This document shows, piece after piece, positions 1 to 13,100 of a stretch of DNA of 64,000 bases. Within the stretch, counting starts at the first letter, position 1. The number at the start of each line of letters is the position of its first letter. Under the pieces are notes generated by a model that saw only the letters and a program-made list of their open reading frames with translations, did no database searches and was not told the origin of the DNA. The translations under genes and the position numbers were made by a program. The DNA is from Phallusia mammillata (lineage: Eukaryota), in contig OZ281494.1 of assembly GCA_965637545.1 (NCBI GenBank), positions 30,752,001 through 30,816,000 on the forward strand. The letters run 5' to 3'.

Positions 1-398
1 AAAATGTCTGCTAAAAGGCATAATTACGTATAATACTAAGCTACGCTCGTCGAGCAACACTGATTTGACAATAAGTACGGAATATGGGTGCTATGTTTTA
101 ATGTAAAAGTGTTTGGATGAATAATGTGGACAGTGGCAAAACAACTATAGCACAGCTATTATAGTTGTACAGCACTATGAGACACGCAAACCATTTCTTT
201 GGTCCGGTACAATTTGCTGCATTAACATCGTGCGACGCGAGATCAGCGCTAACGACCATCAAACAACATAATTGCCAAACATTTTGCAGAACACCAATAC
301 CAATAAGATTACCGATTTTAAGGTAGTCTTGGTTTAAAGACGATTCAAACACACACACACGAATATGCTGTAGCCTAGGCTATTTCCCAAAACTCACA

Positions 399-435
399 TG
401 AACCGCTTTGAAAACGAGCGAAACGTTAATGCCAT
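399..435 (-). CDS. Possible first coding exon of a gene continuing left out of the window (MALTFRSFSKRF...), resembling a mitochondrial presequence
   Basis: Minus strand has ATG at 435, a strong donor AT|GTGAGT at 398 and an upstream pyrimidine-rich acceptor TCTTTTTAG near 460. The peptide is Arg/Ser-rich with no acidic residues. No downstream exon was identified. Confidence 0.35.
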
Positions 436-1159
436 TCACCAGAGTTCGGCAATTGGTGACTAAAAAGATACACGTTTAGCTGTAACTCATTTGCGTGTAC
501 CAAAATTACGCCTAAAAATAGCAGAAAACAACCAAGCATTTCGGATCGAACAGCCAATTCTTCATGTCTAGGCCTACTCGTGCCGTCTGTTCGTGAAGTA
601 AAATCGATATGTTGTGTTTACACGTGGACTGGGGCCGAGATAATTCTGTTGTCTGTTTTCTGCGTGCTTTTAAACGTGTGTTTCTCGGTCCTCTTTTTGC
701 ACCCCCTTAAATGCTTGATAAAAACTCCTATTAGTGGTAAATTTGCCTATATTGGTCGTTGAAAGAAGTTCTATCAAATCAAATCACCAGTGCTAAACGT
801 GCCAGACTTCAAACAGGGCAGAGATTAAAGCAGAAAGTCCACTAAAAAATGACCGTACGGTGTCGCCAGCACATCACACCTACGGTCGAATTGTGACGTC
901 ATTGCGCTGTGACGCGAAAACACGACAAGCCGGGGGTCTGCGTCTGCGGCAATCGAGACAGAAGACAAAAACGGCTCGAGGAGACACGAGTGCTTAGCTG
1001 GCGAATCTTGTTGTTGTTTACCCGCACCTGAATATTACACTCGGGATTTAACCTACTGAGGCAGCTGTGGGACAACTGCAAGCAATTATACGGACTTTTT
1101 GCACTGTTGTTTTTGTAACACGGATATTCGAATTTGGATTTACTTTTTGCTTGCCCACT

Positions 1160-4100
1160 ATGGCGGAAGGAATATGTAAGACGCTGTATTCATATAATGG
1201 TGCCGGTGGCGGAGAAGTAAGTTGTAAACCTGTCATAGCCAGCTTTGTATCAATCGCTTAAATTAGTTTGCAACAATATGCCACAAAATTAAATTGTTAA
1301 CTTCTTTCAAACAAAGCACGTTGCACATGTTGGTCCAAAGCAAATGAAGCACACGTTGCACATTACAGTACGTTACATTTTGTGATTTGTTTGTGAAATT
1401 ACTAGAAATTGCAATACAAGTGTCTAATTAAACAACCACCGTTTCTTAGTTATACAATTGTTGTGATTTTACAGAATTGTATACAAGTATACTTGTGCGC
1501 AACTATAATTGACATCGTTGGCATAACACATGTCTTGGTCCCTGTGGAAAATAAAACACTTGCTCTCTTCTCAGATTACAACATTAACCTTTGATGCTGG
1601 TGAAGCCATCCAGATTTTGTATTCTGGTGACGAAGGATGGTGGGAAGGAGAAATAAATGGAAGAAGAGGATGGTTCCCTGCATCATATGTCACCAAAGTA
1701 CAGGTACGACATGTTGTGCCAAATATCGTATGGTGGTATATGGATTACAATTGAAGTCATAAACCAAATGCTGATTTTTGCGGTTGTTTTCTATAAGATT
1801 AACTTGGTAAACAACAAAACATGTATTTAAAGTCTTAAAGATAAGGCATATCTCCAATATTGTGTCTGTTTGTGGTAAATAAAAGCCGCTGATTGTACAC
1901 AAGCAAAATACATTAAAAGCTTTGTCTAGTTGTTTGTGTGTCCAAGTAGTTTTGTCGCAAAATATAAGGTGTGCAGGTTTATTGCGAATATTATGTAAAT
2001 TTGGGAAATGTTAAACTTCCCAAAGCTGAAAATACAGCTAGAGTATGTTTGTCTGTCCTGTGTTAACAGAAAGATTCCATTAAATATACCAAGTTTATTG
2101 TGTCATGTTGAAGGAATGAGTAACCAAATATTTGTTTGAAGGAATCCGAAGTATCATCAACCACATCAGATGAATGGAATGAAGTGAAAACGCCAACTGG
2201 AGAAATTTACTATGTCAATACAAGAACAAATAGTATGTCTTTTACTGTTACACAGACTTATATTCATAGAAATTGGAATGCTTTTATTATTATGATCCCC
2301 TGAACAGTGTGCAAAATTGGCAGAAAAGCATTTCCTTGTAGTGGCGTGATAACTTGCTTAATGTACCCGATTGTGGGAAGTAAAACATATTTAGCTAGCA
2401 GTGGTATGACTCAAGCAGTTCAAAATATAAACTCATTTTCCTTTACTGTTTTAAACAGAAAGTTCGTGGGAATTACCAGATGGAATAAGTAGCGGCGATG
2501 AAGCAACAAAGCCAAACGCAACAGGTTTGTATGAATAATAGGTCTACTTACAGGAAGCGATTAAGGAAGTATCTTTGGCATATTCATGAATTGCTCAATA
2601 CAAATTGCTTACTAGAAACGCTTTTCGGTTTCGGATAAAGCTATGTTTTTGGTTTCCAGGGCCACCTGGACTTACCCTTGAATTGACACCAGACTATAAA
2701 GACAGCAAAGAAAATATTAAGGTACAATGGGACCTAGTATGGTTAGATGTGTAACCTATATGTAATAAATCTGTAGTATACCTGTTTAATCTGCTAAACT
2801 AAAACTTTAAAACAACTGTTCATCAAAACATTGAGTGCTGTTGTAAAAAAAAATGTAAGTCACATTTTAAGTAGGAAACACTATTGTTAGTGAAAGCATT
2901 CTTAATTTATTTTCCACTGCACCAAACATTTAGCACACTTAACTTATTGCTGTACAGCCGAACTCCAAGCCTATATTATCGTCCTCTGAGCCGACCACAC
3001 CACAGCAAAACAAGCTAACTATACAGCTCACAGCGCAATCCAATTCTCAACCAACGACGCCCATGCCAAAGTCGCCTTCACCAAACCTTAGCTCACCCAG
3101 ACCGACGACTCCTAATACTCCACAGTCGAATGGGCACAGCCCAAAACCACAGATAAGGATAGTAAGTGCTTAGTCTTGCTTGTCTTCCGTATGTTTGCTT
3201 GGTGCCAGATCAGCACACACAAACATATATGTCATGTAGCAAAGGTCTTTTGTTGGACAATATTGTTGCCTTTGCTGGTATGCAACAAAAGGTAATATTT
3301 TTTAGGCATTTTCAAAACATATCATAGTCAAATTATCTTTTTTGTAAACATATTAAAACAGAGCAAAACCATTCACTTTAGCATACATACTTTTTTGGTT
3401 TTCACTTTTAAAACAACAATCTGTTTATTGGCATGTTATTGCCAGTTTAAGACCCCAGGCTACCTTTACAGTGTATAATTGCTTTTAATTGAATTTTGTC
3501 ATTTACTTGCAGCATAATGGAATCTCGTACCCCACAGATAAGGAAGCAAAAGAACAAAGTTTGTTGCAGCCAGGAAAATTCAGCTATTGTGACTACTTTT
3601 GGGTAAGAATGGTAATGAGATACTTCCTGCTATCCTGTTTGAATTGAGGCCAAAAGTTTAATCCTCACGTACACTGCAAATTCTTCTGCACGATTTTGCA
3701 TGTCACTTTAAAAACCTATCCATCATTCTTTGTTTTTATTGTGTCCCAAAACCTTGTGTTTTGATTTCCTTAAAATTCATGTACTAGTTTGTTGATGAAT
3801 ATGACCTGTAACATTATTGTAAATTTTTATGGTGTATCAGCTAAAACACAATCTAGTAGAACTACTTTGTGTTTAACTCAAATCTATTTCTTTGTCTTTG
3901 TTTTTTGTCTATAAAAAGGCAACCATGATTAGGTGCAATGGAAGTATTTTCTATGATGTGTTTTCTATTGTATACATATTAAATTAAAAGCAGTCATAGA
4001 AAACAAAAGGACCAAATGGTGCACTGTAGGTATAATCTAATACACTTAAAGAATATGTTATAGCATGTTACCTCTTTAACAAGAAATCTGCATTTTAGTC

Positions 4101-7100
4101 TGACCGAGTGGAAAATCACAGTTTCCAAAGTGGATTTTATGTTCTCTATCAGAAGATGCTTGCCGGCAAGCAAATGTGCAAAGAGATGAGCGATCTTTTT
4201 AAAGCCAGGTACGTTCTTAAATATAGCCCAATTGTCCTATGCTTGTCTGCCAACAACGTGCCCCACTACGTACACAAACTAACAACAGCACAACAATGAA
4301 CGACAGTCAATGGGGTCTTTACTGTGTCACACCATCAAAGTTTTGCTGTAGCTTTAGTAAACAGTAGTAGAAATAGCTCAATTTCGCTTCGTATCATATC
4401 ACATTGCATACTGATATATATCTATATACAAATATTGTTGATTATCAATTGTTGTAATGTTTTTACCTGTCTATCAATTTCAATGCATGCAGTAATGTAA
4501 TCAGTATATATGTGTCAATCATTATACGCCAAGCCCATTGAATGTTCATTATGGTAGTAAATATGTGGTGTGCTTTTAATTGTTTTCACGACCGCCGTAA
4601 CGATATTGCTGTTTATGTAAATGTGGATGTTGTCCACCAATAATTGTGATGTATTTTATTATAGGGAAGCATTAGAAGTACAGTATGCGAAAGGACTCAC
4701 TTCAATTGCTAACAGCATGCATGCTGCACAGGAAGGAGGGTAGGTACTTATTAAATAGTTTGTGTGGCGAACTGATGCTTTATAACTGGTTGGATTTTTT
4801 TGCGTTTAATTGCAGCTAACATAGATGAAATTTCACAATCGTATTTGTAAAATATTTTTTATTTTGTTGTACTTTATGTACTTTTTGTTGTATTCATGCA
4901 AATGATGATTTGGTAGAAATTGACTACAATAATTTGTGTGCTATACACTTTTAGTTGTTATGGGTCTCTTTCTGAACGGGTACACTTGTTTTTATTCATG
5001 TTAGTTTACATTTGGTAGATAACGTCTTCAAAATGTAAAATTACCTGCATTCATTCACGTGCTATGCTTTTAGTTTTTGTGGGTTTCTTTGTAAAAGAGT
5101 ATACCTGTGTCGCATGTTTGTTAATTGGTAGATAACGAATTCTTAAAATGTCTTACTAATTTATAAACAACTATTGGCCACAAATAAAAAAAATTAGCTA
5201 ATAATACAATTGCCACATCATAGTGTATGACGTTGATGTATGGTCATCTCCAATTGACAAAGTTTAAATACGTATGTGTATCAGAAACACAAAAATGCTT
5301 ATGTTTGAAAACGGCGGTTACTGCTATTATGACTAGCACGCGTACTTCACCATTTGTTTAACGCACTTGACAAAAACAAAATCACCTGGTTGACTAAATC
5401 GATGATGTCATCAAGCACGTGACTCATGGTAGTAAAGCACGCAAGTCGATTTTTGCTGCTCAGCTTCATTTCTCAGTCGACTTACCTCTGTAATTACATA
5501 ATAGCGGAGTTGGTCCTATAAACGTACATAAATGGTGTTTGTCGAGCAAAAGGCCGCCAGTGTGCTCAGATATCGGTTAACGACCCCTTTAAACGTGCCT
5601 CGCCCGTTTTTGAAGCTTTCCAAAGCGCTGTTACTTCAATATTTGCCGAGATGTTCGCTTGTACAATGGTTCACGTAGGTTCTTGTTTCGTGAAAGTACA
5701 TACATCGTGCTCTATAAAACTGTCACTGGAATTGAGTGCCCGATAGTTGTTTATTGACATTGCGTAGTGCAGTGTTATGGAGCTCGCTTCAAACTTTATT
5801 GGATATGCCTTGAAATATTTTACACGCTTTGATGGTCGGTTTCGTCTGAATAATGCCTCGATTCAGTAATTTTGTACTTTGGCTACAAATTGATATTGAA
5901 ATGCCATTTTGAACTGATTGTTTACTGTTCGACAATAACAGACCAAACCTTATAATTAACAAAATACTTTGTAAACTGGGTTACAGTATGTATATACAAG
6001 TGCTAAATTGTTAAACTTTTAAGTCAAAGCAGGGCGTTACGACTTTTTAGTGTGTTCTAAGATGTTGGGTTGCCTTAAATATCATAGGTAAACCAGGACA
6101 CTACTATTCCTGTGGTTTAACCTGGTGGTTCCCAACCGGGGAGAAATTTTGAAACTTGAGGGGAGGAATTTACTTTTTTAAATTTTTACATGTGGTTTGT
6201 AAACAGACACTTAAACTCTGGGAATATAACCTGTGAAGTTGACACAACGCCCAATTTTAAATGATCTTTGTATGGTTTAGCATCTACTATAGCTATTAGG
6301 GAGGAACGAAAATGTTTAGAACTGTTAAGGGAGAAATTCGTCGAAAAAGGTTGGGAACAAATGGTTTAACCGGAGTAACATTACTATACGTTTTCAACGC
6401 ACCCGTAGCAAAACTTCAAGGCCTAGAGATTACACACGTTATGTTAACGAACTCCAAATTCCTAACAAGCTACGTTTTGTCACAGCACATTGGGAGAAAC
6501 ATGGAAACAAGTGAAAGAAGCAGCCCTGCAGGAGGCCAAGCTGCACCAGGAATTCGCTAACAAGGTAGGCCAGACTAGGCAAAGACGCGATAGGCTTAAA
6601 AGGAAGGGTTGTTTTCACATGCTACGTTGCCACAAAACACCTCACGTACGTCACTGCCTTTTAGGACTCGCTTTTAGATTTAAAAGTTGCTTGTTCAATA
6701 CACTACGACCATTATGTACACATTTTTAGGTTTCAATTTGTAGACTTTCTTTGATTTGAAAGTGCAAGCCAATACTTGTTGTGCAAACTTTAGGAAAATG
6801 CATAAAAATGATTGTATGTAAACACAAAATGCTCTATACATGCGTAAGAATTGGTTTGTATTTTCTTATTGCGGCATTTATGTTTAACCAACAGAACATA
6901 TTTTAACGTAATTGGCCCTTTGTGGTAAACAAATATATAAAGTTAGGTGTTAAGGCCATAGTCCAATTGTTGTCAAATTAATTGGGCCCAGGTTTGAATT
7001 TGTTTTTAAACCTAAATATGGGCGTTTAATCATTATGTTTTCCTACTACAGCCAAAGATGTGAAAAGCTTAGGACTGAAAGTTAGTATAAAACATGTAAA

Positions 7101-10100
7101 TGATGACTATGCCACTATGATATACATTATTTTATTGTGTAGATATCGTGTACCCCGTAGTCTCAGGACTTATGTTGGGGAAACTATGCCATGGTTATTA
7201 CACGAAACTCGTTTACTAACAAGCCCTTAAGATTTACCAGTTTCGTGCTACTGTCTTTTCTACATACTCATTTTCTGTTACTTGATAGTTACCATGAGTT
7301 GCCTTCAGGGCATAGACTTGTTCTACCAAACTTACATCGAACTTATTCGACTTTTGCGGGTCTCCAAATCTAACAACTCAATGTCGGGGTGGTGGTTTCA
7401 AATCCCGGCAGGGGTGTGCAAATTGAGAAAAATTATAAGACTGTACAATGCATGCGCAACTAAAGCTGCAAATTACGACTAATGGAAAACGTTGTTAGGC
7501 TAAGAAAATATGACGTTTCCTATTAAATAGGTCAAATCTTTAAATTTTCGTACTTTAATTAATAAAAATGTGTTTTTTAAGTCTACTGAAGTAAATTTAA
7601 AGTAAACTGACACTTTTGTTTTGCAAGAAAACAACCTTAATTTTGTGAAAAGATAGTTTCTACGAATGGACATTAAACGGCGTTTTATCTGGTCTGATTT
7701 GCCATACTGAGCACGTTTTGAGAAACAATTCTCAAATTCCGCACAGTTTAACGCATTTCCAATTTAGTGTTTCTCCTTTGTTAGTTCCTCCCCATTGGGA
7801 AGGAAGTTACGGCTTTGTATTGGAATATTGAATTCGCGTGGGCAGAAATATTTGGTGAGAATTCCAAAGTTCATGTACAAGAATTCCGTAAACTGAATTT
7901 GCGTGACATATGAGAAATACGACTTGCATTGGTATCTGTGTCTGTAGTTGGCCTGAGCTTTTGGGATCGTGATTAGGCTTCAGTTTGAACACAACGGGAA
8001 CGGTTTGTTTTCAAAAACATTTTTAGGGCCTGTACTTTCGGGTTCGGGTCCGGATTTCAGGCCTGTACAACTATGCTCTACGTTGTGCAATAAGCATCGT
8101 TTAAGTATGATAAGATTGCATTGGTTATACCATTTTACTCCCCTAAACAAATCACATATTTCGTGTTTGTATAAGTCCATTTCACGTATATACAAAGCAA
8201 GATAAAATGTTACATAGATAGTTATTCCTCTGACTTTATAACGAACCGAATACCAGGAAAGACAAGCTGTGGGAAAACACATAGTTGCGGGCGTTGTGCT
8301 CTAAAATTTTAATTAGCAATAACGGAAGTTATCTTTATGCTCAAACGGGCTTCGGCGCTTGATTTATGCATACAGTAAAGCCTAGAAATATATACCACGT
8401 TGTATAGAGCTACTTTCGGTGGAAACCCTCCCTCGTGATGTTTATGCATGACGCCCTGACGTCATATTCATTGTATAAATGATTGTATTTTTTTGCGTGC
8501 TAGGCGTAATCACCTATTAACGCAATTTTAGTGTAACAAACATGCCGGACGTAAATTTTTATTAACGATCGTTAAGACCAAACCGTGTTTTTCGACTTAT
8601 TAGGACACGAAAGTTTTGTTACAATATTGTTTAACACAGATATGCGTACCCGGTATACAAGTTCTTGAAAACAAACAGCAACTAGTATTTTGTTTAGCAT
8701 TACACCAGTTGAATGACAAATTTGTTAAACCCGGTTTGTACATTATAAATGTATTTAATACTCGCATTCTATTGTGACAAAACATGACTGCGAGTTATAT
8801 TTAAAACTTTTCAAATAGAAAACAAATATACTTTAAAAGCGACATGCTTTATTATTCAAACGTTTCGGCAAACGCTCATGCCATCGTCAGTGATATGAAG
8901 AAGTCAATTTAGCTGTAAAGTGCCATTAAATGTATCACAACAGCACAGGTATGCTTTAAAATTAAATGCATTGGCGTTCAAAACCAAAACTAACAGTAAA
9001 CAACTTTCACCCACACACGCTTTAAGTAATTGGAGTAAAAGGCCTCAGATGTCAGGTCTACAAGACAGATTGTTCCAAACGGACCTAAAACCACGTTTTC
9101 AACACCTTTTACGGACAAATTCGATTCAAAAAACGATCGTGTTGCAAACGATCACAAAACATCTTCGCTCGTTTGGACACGGTTTAATGCACACGCGTGA
9201 CGTTGTTTTCTGCTTGTTCAGTTGCGCAGCGAAGTGGAACGGCCGCTTCAAGATCAGAAGGAGGAAGCGAAAAAAGATTTAAAGAAGCTTTCGGCGGGAA
9301 TGAGTGACATAAGGAAGCAAGTCCACATTAAGTAAGTTTTTTGCGCTTCCCATTATCAATTTAGGACAATATCATGCTTTTTGCAAAGTCGTGATAGAAA
9401 AATAGAAGTATTTATTTTGGGTGCAACATGTTTTTCTTTTGAATTTTATGTTACCATTAGAAATTATGCAACCACTGCCCAAAACCAGTCTTGTGATCAA
9501 ATGGTTAAAACTAGGACATGTTTGAGGCGTTTTTACAACTCATTTTGTCACCACTAGGAATATACAGAATTTTTCTGTTTTCACTCATAAATTGGCTTGT
9601 ATTCCAAATGTTTTTTTTTTAGGTAATCATGCTTCCGTTTTGTTTTCGACATAGTTTCTGTTTGGTCATTTTGGTTCATCATTTTATTGTCCCAAGTTTG
9701 CACATGTTCTATTTTACATGACACATATTTAACACTTGAACGTTTTTTTTCTGTGAAAACGATTTCTTAAGCAGCTTCTCTAGAGTTTTAAATCGATTTT
9801 AGGCAAGACTCGAAAAAGAAAAAAAAATCAGTTCCAAATTGTAAGCTTCCGTGAAATATCTAGTTGTGTAATCAAACATGAATTCTGTCGTTTAAGCGGT
9901 TTTAAAGTAATTGCATCCGATCCGGGTAAAGTGGCTGACAATAAATTTTTGCTGATCGGGTGTTCCTGCAATGTAGCGTGCAGAGTAGCGTGCAACGTAC
10001 GACTCGTTTGTGCGTTAGTCAGCACAACCAAGTTCGTTTCATAAATTTGTGGCTTGTAAGGGATTTTTAATGATGTTTTAACGTGATTGGGTGATTTGTG

Positions 10101-13100
10101 TGCTTTAGACTTTGAAAATTTGCACTCAAATTTACACGCAGCTGTGATATTTTGGTGTTATGGTTATCATACTTTTTGGACCGGGTTTCGGTACTTTCGG
10201 GTTCTTACAATTCTGAACACAACACGTTTAACCCGTTTTGTGCGCTGAATGCTGCGCAACAGGTCAGTTTTTAAGAACAATGGTTGAAAAGTAGCTTGTT
10301 TAAAAACTATAAGCTTCGAAAGATATCGTATATGTAAACACTATAGTGAATACAGTTTATTGCAAACGTTGCAATAACCAACCTTGCACTGTTGATAACA
10401 AGTAACAAAGCGGTTTTGGAAACGTATGCAAAAATAGTTTTTGCTCTGCAAGTGGTCTGGCAGTCTTGTCCATCAAATTGCCAAATATAAGTTTTAAAAC
10501 TGTGCGAAGGTATTTTTTCCACACAGATATAATCTTTAATAAGTAGCGTTACTAATCACGTCATCAGGTTTTTTTTAAGGTTTGGTTTGGGTGACCGCTA
10601 AGTAGTTTTAAGAGACCGCAAGTGTTTCATTTAAATACCAAAAAATAGCCATATTTGCTTAAACGAATTATTTATTAGGCTACTGGCAAATTTTGGGAAA
10701 CCGCTGTAGAAATTTGGGGGACCGAAACGGTCCACTGCACGTCATATTGTTATATCGTATTTATATATTTCTAACAACTCTCTACATAAAAGACAGTTTG
10801 TGTCCTTCATAAAATGTCAAATTTAACTCCATAATATATAACCCGACTTGGCGAATTTGATTTTTTTCGCGCTGACAAATCTGTAACCAGTAACTTTACT
10901 GTTCTAGTCACCTTTGAAATAGTAAAATATCTATGCCCAAAAAGGCCGCAATTACATCTGTTTTACGTTCGTAACATTGCGAAGGTATTTTTTCAACACT
11001 AAGCACTAACCAGATAGCTTTCATATTCACGTCATATTTTGATTGCGTATTTATAACCAAAAAGGCGACTTGAACCCGCAAAAACATCTATTTCACGTTC
11101 TTGGCCTCGCATTTTTGTCATGTTCAGTAATCGGGTAAGTTCACAGTTGATCTGGAGGTCGAGTTATGTCTGGGGCGTGCATCAGAATGCCAATGTCCAC
11201 CGTTGCAACCCGATAATGTCACGTTTTACGTCAAAGAGCGTGATTTACCTACTGTCGAACGGCAAATGACCTTTGATTTGTTGCATAAAGCTAAAAAGTT
11301 TGACAAGTTTTAAATATTGAAACCACAAGCATAAAAATCTTAGCAAAGCCGAACTGATAAATGCCTTTGGTGACATTTTGATTCGCTGCGTTAAAAATTG
11401 CTGCATAAATTGAAAATATCCATATTAGAAAAAATAACGTCCTGATTTAGTATAACACCTGTTTTGGCCTTTGATTTATCGCGTATAGCTTTTTGCATTG
11501 AAATACTAACAAAAACAATTCCCAAATAATAAGTACAGAATAGCTTAAAATACATACAAGGGTTTCGACAACGTTTCTTAACGTAAACGCTTGAGGCCAC
11601 ACCCGAGAATACAATTTTAAATAAAAACAACGTAATTGTTTCTTCCACCGACGTCACAATTACTATCAGCGGCAACGGAGTCATTCACTTGTGACAGTGG
11701 ACTATTATTAATGATTCCTAAACACACTCCGCCAGACCTATGTTTGGCGGCCAAACCGAAGTGCTTGCGCAACATTGGTTATTTTTAAACTCCGATCACA
11801 CATAGGGTTTAGGCTTAAAAGAATGGTCTTCTTTCGTTAGTCTAACCAAGTGATGTAATGTATACCCAATTGTCCAGCATTTTTGTTTGCGAAATGCACT
11901 TTGAATTTTTTAGAGAGGGTCACTATAAACAGTTTCTTGTCTAATTTGTTGAGCTATAGTGTTATACGAGGATATACGTTCGATTTTCGTTTTCTATAGC
12001 TGGTTGGGTTTAAACGGAAACGAAAAATCCCCTACTACACTTTCGCAGTAATGACGTTAAAGTTGTTTCGATTTCGTTCAAAATGTGTTGTTCCGTACGC
12101 GCCACACAAAGAAAACAGGTCACACAAAATATTGTTGTTGCAGAAACCGTTTAACGTAGTTTTGATATGTACATAAAATATGTGCAAACGCATATCAATT
12201 ACAAGGGTCTACCACACTCACGAAAGCCTTTGTGATTTAATGTATTACGGCAATCACGGGAGTAACTGCATGTGGCCCATCATAACACGTATAAGTATGC
12301 CGAAACGTTTAAATAATAAAGAATGTCGCTTTTTACGTCTTTTTGGGAAATTATTTTCCTCATTAAACTCTAATCACCTTTTCGTAACTTTGGTAGCAAA
12401 AAGCAGTAATAAAACCGTCTGGGTGGGAGTGATTTGTTGTCTATTAATCAATTTTTCTAAAAAAATCGGTTTTTGTTTTTTCGCCACTAAAAACAAATGC
12501 ATCAACCTGCCAACCTTCGATTTCTGTTGCGTCATGAAATCGGCCAAAGTTTGACGTTCCCTTGAGCAACGCCACACACACATATACAGTTGAATCTTTG
12601 TTTACAGTTCTGAGCATACGTCAAACCGCGATTCTTACGTCACAGACGGCTGCGCTTCACTGAAAGTGACTTTCTCCCCACTGTATAGGAAAGTTATTGT
12701 CGCAAGCGACCCGCGTCTAATACTGATGACGCATTTTTACCGATAAGACCGTTTTTCTGTTTAAATACTCGTAAATCCCGCCACAAGACGAGTTTGCATT
12801 GCCTTGATTAGTTTTTGTAATGAGAAGGGCAGGTTGAAACGAGTTGGTTGTAAAATTGAAACGCCCATAAAGCTTGCTTTAACGGCCTTTTCGTAAGTTT
12901 ATGTAGGATATGTGGTCCATTAATGCCGTGAAAAAGGTATATGTTGCCCGTAAGTTTATTGTTTCCACTAAGCTGCGCAAGACAAATGTATGTTGAGCAT
13001 CAATGTGAACTTGAAACAAGTAAGCTACAGGCATAATGTATAAACGAGTATTGCTCATCCAGCAGTTTTATAAATAATTCACTGGGCAACAAAAAAATAT

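Noticed and set aside
7380-7420. B-box-like GGTTTCAAATCCC as a tRNA or SINE
   Set aside because: No matching A box, cloverleaf, tail or TSD.
9803-9840. AG/GT-bounded segments in GAS7 intron 11 (9803-9840, a 7-nt piece near 11127-11133, 13331-13379) as extra exons
   Set aside because: Exon 14582-14663 alone supplies the expected F-BAR residues in the correct phase. These pieces show no convincing homology.
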